Shown one piece after another: positions 59,660-64,000 of a stretch of DNA of 64,000 bases. The notes beneath the pieces are model-generated. The model had not been told where the DNA came from. It did not search any database and saw only the letters and a list, made by a program, of their open reading frames with translations. Position numbers and translations under genes: made by a program. Each line of letters opens with the position of its first letter. The stretch's first letter is position 1. Location: IMG/VR virus record IMGVR_UViG_3300042922_000542, positions 182,148 through 246,147 of that record. One strand, 5' to 3'.

Positions 59660-60157
59660 TTAGTCTGCAAAATATTCAAATGTATGATTGATAAACTTCA
59701 TCCATGCACTACCATTATGCAATATTTGCATAGATCCTATAATTGGATCTATCATGAAATTATAATCAACACCGGTCGGTATTACAGTGCCTTCTTGAAT
59801 TTGAATATTGGATCGGTCTGAGAATATTTCAATAAATTTTAATATACATGCAGCTGCATCATTATTAAAAATATCTTTTATATTATTATCACCCATACCA
59901 ATACGTCTACATTTCTGAATAAGACCTTTAGCACCACCAAAGAAATGATTTCCCTGAATGATTGCACCATTTGCATCAAGACCACCAATTTGAAAGAAAT
60001 AACCTCTAAGCGGATATATATAACAACAGCTTGTTTCATTAGTCGATACATCAGTCATTGTAATTGCGATCTGAGGAAAATCTTTACCGGCATCGCTAAC
60101 TCTAGAAAGTTCTTCTCCTGTTAAATCTCTTACTGATAATTTAATAGTTTTTTGCAT
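59660..60157 (-). CDS. hypothetical protein (putative early)
   Basis: GGAGG SD. Confidence 0.75.
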   Translation of the reverse strand: MQKTIKLSVRDLTGEELSRVSDAGKDFPQIAITMTDVSTNETSCCYIYPLRGYFFQIGGLDANGAIIQGNHFFGGAKGLIQKCRRIGMGDNNIKDIFNNDAAACILKFIEIFSDRSNIQIQEGTVIPTGVDYNFMIDPIIGSMQILHNGSAWMKFINHTFEYFAD

Positions 60158-60199
60158 AATTTTATTTCCTCCATTTTATTTTTTATAATTATTTTTTTA

Positions 60200-60532
60200 T
60201 TAATAAGCCATAGTAATAACTTTATCAGTCATATTTAATAGATTCTGAAACCTGCGTTTTAATGCGCCTTCCAATTCATTCTGACAATACGGTTGAGTAT
60301 AACCTATTTTTTCTACCCTAGCATAATTAGTACGTCTACGTTTACCAAGGAATCCTATAGGTCTTATAACAAAATATGTACCATTTCTATCAGCTTCATA
60401 TGGATCTACAATATTACCCTCAGCATCAACTAGCTGTGGGATTCGACAATCGTCATCATAACCATTTCTGGCCCATTCTCGCTCCTCTCTACGCTCTAAT
60501 GCAATGAATTGTTCAATTGTGAATTTTCTCAT
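60200..60532 (-). CDS. hypothetical protein (putative early)
   Basis: GGAGG SD; TACATTAT upstream. Confidence 0.75.
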   Translation of the reverse strand: MRKFTIEQFIALERREEREWARNGYDDDCRIPQLVDAEGNIVDPYEADRNGTYFVIRPIGFLGKRRRTNYARVEKIGYTQPYCQNELEGALKRRFQNLLNMTDKVITMAY

Positions 60533-60620
60533 AATGTTTTAGCCTCCAAAAATATTTATTATTTATCTATATTTATAATGTATAAGATAATATCATTAAT
60601 ATACTATTTATATAAAAAAT

Positions 60621-60650
60621 AAATATGATGGGAATTAACCCATCATATTT
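60621..60650 (-). terminator. intrinsic terminator overlapping the sbcD stop
   Basis: AAATATGATGGG/CCCATCATATTT. Confidence 0.75.
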
Positions 60651-61782
60651 TTAATTCTTCATTAATTAAACTACTCAATTCTTCTATGGATATATCAACA
60701 TCGTAATTTTTATTTATGTATCTATGTATTTTATCTTCCAAACATAATGATGCATCCAATATAAAATCAAATTCAGTTTCAATTTCATCTTCTTTTATTA
60801 TAGCATTCAACGACGGTTCATTAAATATGCATGTTATTGATTTATCTTCAATTAATAGTGATTTTATATTTTCCTTAAATGAAGCGTCAATATTATTTGG
60901 GAATTTAAATTTCAATCGAATCTTACCAATTTTATTACCATTGAATATATCTTCATGCATCGATTTGATTTTATTTACTTCGCTAACAAGTTTATTCATA
61001 TCACTATATAATTCGGAATCTTCATCAAATGTATATGTTTTGTATAAATACGCTTCATTATTTTCAACAAAAGTAAATTTATTATCTTCAATTATACCAT
61101 AACCCTTGGCTTCCTCTTCACCAAATGAATTCCTAAATAAAGATCCGACATAATAACATTCATCATTCATATCACAATATGTATGATAATGACCAAATAA
61201 ACATATGTCTGATATTGATGATAATTCATTCGACTTAAATATCGGAACTTTTTTCTCCTTAGATGTTGAAGCATATTCAACGGGATTCACCATGGTCATA
61301 CCTTCGGCTATCACACCATGCCCAAATATATAATTATATCTTTTATCGGAATAAAGATAATCTTTATAATATTCAAATTTATCATCAACATATTCCTCAG
61401 GTAAATATAATACATTGATATTTGGATATATTTCTTCTTCAGTAACAGTAGTTATTAATTTAATATCAATTGATTTATTGGTAAAATGATAATTGAATAA
61501 ACGATATTGTTGCATTTCATGGCTTTCAGTCCCATATACAATTCTTATTTTTGTTTTTGATTTTTTACATAACCTGATAAGGTATGACATAACGTTTATA
61601 GCTAATGATGTGCAATCATCATTAACCTTAAACAACTTATCAAAATAATCACCTAATATTACAACTACATCTGTATGATTAAATACTAATTCTTTATCTA
61701 ATATATCTGTAATTATATTATACACATAATTCGTATCTTTTATGGATCCGATATGAATATCTGCAAAGTTCAAAATTCTCAT
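60643..61782 (-). CDS. sbcD: SbcD/Mre11-like nuclease (T4 gp47-like)
   Basis: ADIHIG, LGDYFD, GTESHE, FGHG, FGHYH, YVGS..FGE. Confidence 0.88.
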   Translation of the reverse strand: MRILNFADIHIGSIKDTNYVYNIITDILDKELVFNHTDVVVILGDYFDKLFKVNDDCTSLAINVMSYLIRLCKKSKTKIRIVYGTESHEMQQYRLFNYHFTNKSIDIKLITTVTEEEIYPNINVLYLPEEYVDDKFEYYKDYLYSDKRYNYIFGHGVIAEGMTMVNPVEYASTSKEKKVPIFKSNELSSISDICLFGHYHTYCDMNDECYYVGSLFRNSFGEEEAKGYGIIEDNKFTFVENNEAYLYKTYTFDEDSELYSDMNKLVSEVNKIKSMHEDIFNGNKIGKIRLKFKFPNNIDASFKENIKSLLIEDKSITCIFNEPSLNAIIKEDEIETEFDFILDASLCLEDKIHRYINKNYDVDISIEELSSLINEELKI

Positions 61783-61844
61783 TTATATAACACTCTCCCC
61801 TTCACATTTATAATATATCGTTAATTTATTAAAGGGAATAAAAA

Positions 61845-61879
61845 AAATAAATGAGGGGATTAAAACCCCTCATTTATTT
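61845..61879 (-). terminator. intrinsic terminator
   Basis: AAATAAATGAGGGG/CCCCTCATTTATTT. Confidence 0.8.
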
Positions 61880-62057
61880 CTCTTGGTATATCATTAATAT
61901 TTTTTACTACTCGTTTTATACGGGGTGCAGTCCAGCTATGTGATAATCCATGTTCTTTATCACATATGATCTCACGATCAGTTACGAATTTGGTATCATA
62001 TTGATCAAGATCATCAGATGTTATGGTATCCGGTTTATCATCATTAATCATTTCCAT
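61860..62057 (-). CDS. small hypothetical protein
   Basis: GGAGG SD. Confidence 0.65.
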   Translation of the reverse strand: MEMINDDKPDTITSDDLDQYDTKFVTDREIICDKEHGLSHSWTAPRIKRVVKNINDIPREINEGF

Positions 62058-62106
62058 AATTAATTACCTCCCTATTTATATTAATATAATATATAATTTG
62101 GGGATG

Positions 62107-63543
62107 TTAATATACCTTAAAATTACCATAGTCGACAACTACCATTTTACCATTAATAAAACCAACATTGTCTTCATGCATATCAGCAGTTTGTAATCTT
62201 ATATTTTTATTCTTAAGTGATTTTTCTAATTGCTGTTCAAATTTTCTCATATCATCAAAATCAATATTACGTCGAATTGAAGCTTTTGGAACAATTACAT
62301 ATATACCGCTTTCTGAACTTTCATCTGTCGGTAATGCAAATTTATCAGCAACATCAATATCCTTAGATACAATATTTTTTATCTTTAGATCAAGTTTATT
62401 GTCAAATATACCTTTTCTGTTCCAAGCATATTTATAAACAAATTTATCCCGATCATTAGTTAAAACTGCAATACGGGTTGCTCCACTTGGTGCATCTGAA
62501 ACATCTCTGATCCATTTCTTCGTTTTACATGTTATTATGATAAAAGGTTTAACGATGCTATATGCTCGCATGGTATTTTTAATATCAGAATGTAATATGA
62601 TATGTTCTATTATATCACCGAGCATCTTTCGATCCCGTATTGCAGCTAATTCGAAGTTATCAAATGGATTTTGATATTTAAATGCTATGCATAAATCTAT
62701 ATCTCTTAATACAATATTAATCATATTAAGTGCTGTAGCTAATCCATTTAATATATCAGAAAAATATGGATCGATATTTGGATCATTTTCCATTTCTTTT
62801 ACTTCGGGCATATTTAAGATATTTACAATATGTTCAGTTAACTCATTAGCTTCAGGAAAAAATTCGGCAGTATCTATAGTAAAGTCATAAGAACCTTTAC
62901 GGAATATAGGTATTGTCCTACCAGTGTCACCTAATCTCAATCTTGCTGCTTGAATTAATCCAACATTATCAAATTTAGATTTGATTAATGGTACAACATA
63001 TCGATCAACGATCTTTTTATATTCAGCGATATTGATAATTAGACTACGATCTAATTCAATTATAGCCTCTCCGTTCGACATTTTTATAATGGTTCCAGGT
63101 CCACTGCTATTTACAGTATCTTTGATATCAAAACCATCTTTCGCCTTATTTGCAAAATCTTCAGCTTTCATATTTTTGTATTCAACAGGAATAGCACGTT
63201 TTCTAAAAGGCTTGCGTTCATGTTTAATACCAACTGAATCTAATGCACTTATGACTGTATTTTCGGTTTCTTCCATTTCCTTAATCTGTTTTTCTGCCTT
63301 AGGTTTAAATATATTTTTAATAGAATCACGGATTCGTTTAGCCAATTCAATGATCTTTTTAATTAACCATTTGATTCCTTTAGCTATACTATCGACTCCT
63401 TTACTTATATTTTTACCAATAGTTGATTCCTCAAGTAACATGAGTTCGGCGTCAATATAAGAGAAGTGCTCAGTTATTAAAGAATCATATTCTGTAGATA
63501 GGGATGACTCCTCTGCATCCCTTAAATAAAATTTGTAGCACAC
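62107..63543 (-). CDS. head-protein-type ORF with C-terminal protein-kinase-like domain; probably made as a -1 frameshift extension of the upstream gene
   Basis: SGATRIAV, VYKY, DMHEDN, DYG; no good SD or start codon; overlaps the upstream stop in the -1 frame. Confidence 0.75.
   Translation of the reverse strand: MCYKFYLRDAEESSLSTEYDSLITEHFSYIDAELMLLEESTIGKNISKGVDSIAKGIKWLIKKIIELAKRIRDSIKNIFKPKAEKQIKEMEETENTVISALDSVGIKHERKPFRKRAIPVEYKNMKAEDFANKAKDGFDIKDTVNSSGPGTIIKMSNGEAIIELDRSLIINIAEYKKIVDRYVVPLIKSKFDNVGLIQAARLRLGDTGRTIPIFRKGSYDFTIDTAEFFPEANELTEHIVNILNMPEVKEMENDPNIDPYFSDILNGLATALNMINIVLRDIDLCIAFKYQNPFDNFELAAIRDRKMLGDIIEHIILHSDIKNTMRAYSIVKPFIIITCKTKKWIRDVSDAPSGATRIAVLTNDRDKFVYKYAWNRKGIFDNKLDLKIKNIVSKDIDVADKFALPTDESSESGIYVIVPKASIRRNIDFDDMRKFEQQLEKSLKNKNIRLQTADMHEDNVGFINGKMVVVDYGNFKVY
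63460..63534 (-). promoter_or_regulatory. programmed -1 ribosomal frameshift signal (slippery heptamer plus H-type pseudoknot)
   Basis: A_AAU_UUU (63534-63528), 5-nt spacer, S1 AGGGAUG/CAUCCCU, S2 AGAGGAGU/ACUUCUCU. Confidence 0.75.
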
Positions 63544-64000
63544 TCTGTCAATGTTGATTCATTAATAACAATGCCTTTCCCTAAACGAAGTCTTGTTGTA
63601 TATTCATTCAGTGATGCACCTTTTTGTCTAAACATATCATCAAACTGATTCAATGTAGATTCTCTTATTGCTAATCCAATAGTTTCATCTTGGGATCCAA
63701 CATCTTGTGAATTTTTCATAGACCATTCTGATATATAATCCATTGCAACTTTAAAACTGGAGGATTCAGTTTTAATATTAAAGGACATATCACTCTCATC
63801 CTTCTTATCTTTTAACAACTCAGAAATATCAGCAACAATTTTATTTACAGTTTTCTTCTTTAATTTTTCAATAAAATCTTCATATTCAACGTCTTTCTTA
63901 ACATCAATAAGCTGATTTTCCATATCATCATCTTGATCAGAAATCGGTTCAGGTGGGACATCTAAACCATCATCAGCATCTTCTTTTAATTTTTCCATAG
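63522..64000 (-). CDS. 3' part of a putative head protein (probably begins beyond the window)
   Basis: Acidic, with KTESS, IREST and INEST motifs. Confidence 0.7.
   Translation of the reverse strand, partial: MEKLKEDADDGLDVPPEPISDQDDDMENQLIDVKKDVEYEDFIEKLKKKTVNKIVADISELLKDKKDESDMSFNIKTESSSFKVAMDYISEWSMKNSQDVGSQDETIGLAIRESTLNQFDDMFRQKGASLNEYTTRLRLGKGIVINESTLTECATNFI

Noticed and set aside
179-63460. Many 60-160 aa ORFs antisense to or nested in long genes (e.g. 179-463, 3727-4110, 25252-25737, 44927-45349, 62981-63460)
   Set aside because: Shadow frames of real genes: no SD, Ser/Ile/Leu/Phe-rich composition, fully overlapping well-supported CDSs.
63500-63522. Hairpin after the 63522 stop as an intrinsic terminator
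   Set aside because: It has no U tract and lies within an open frame, and its loop pairs downstream. It is better explained as a frameshift pseudoknot.
1-64000. Stop-codon reassignment
   Set aside because: Long genes are intact under code 11, and TAG/TGA end genes right before terminators or the next SD.
1-64000. tRNA, tmRNA or rRNA genes; chimallin or PhuZ tubulin
   Set aside because: No cloverleaf/T-loop signatures or tubulin motif were recognised. A divergent shell protein among the hypotheticals cannot be excluded by eye.

Overview
This window is part of a very AT-rich jumbo myophage genome of the AR9/PBS1-phiKZ-like type. The host is probably a Firmicute, judging from strong GGAGG-type Shine-Dalgarno sites and an Amidase_2 endolysin with cell-wall-binding repeats. 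It encodes split multisubunit RNA polymerase subunits (beta-N, beta-C and a tiny beta'-C). It also encodes terminase, portal, major capsid, tail sheath and tube, a baseplate protein, DnaB and SF2 helicases, SbcD, RNase H and a PPP phosphatase. Many putative head proteins are dispersed across it. AR9-like late promoters (AACA-N6-TA), TATATT-type putative early promoters and about 18 intrinsic terminators can be read directly. The most striking signal is an apparent capsid cargo-loading system. Head proteins share recurrent hydrophobic-x-E|S/A motifs (likely prohead-protease sites) that bracket variable enzymatic domains: Cys-protease/transglutaminase, P-loop kinase, ART-like, zincin and protein kinase. 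At the right end, an A_AAU_UUU slippery site followed by an H-type pseudoknot appears to fuse a head protein to a kinase-bearing ORF by -1 frameshifting. Also notable are a ~300-nt structured ncRNA candidate behind three micro membrane peptides, and an ATPase-dead, nuclease-less terminase paralogue. All family assignments come from motif recognition by eye; no searches were run.
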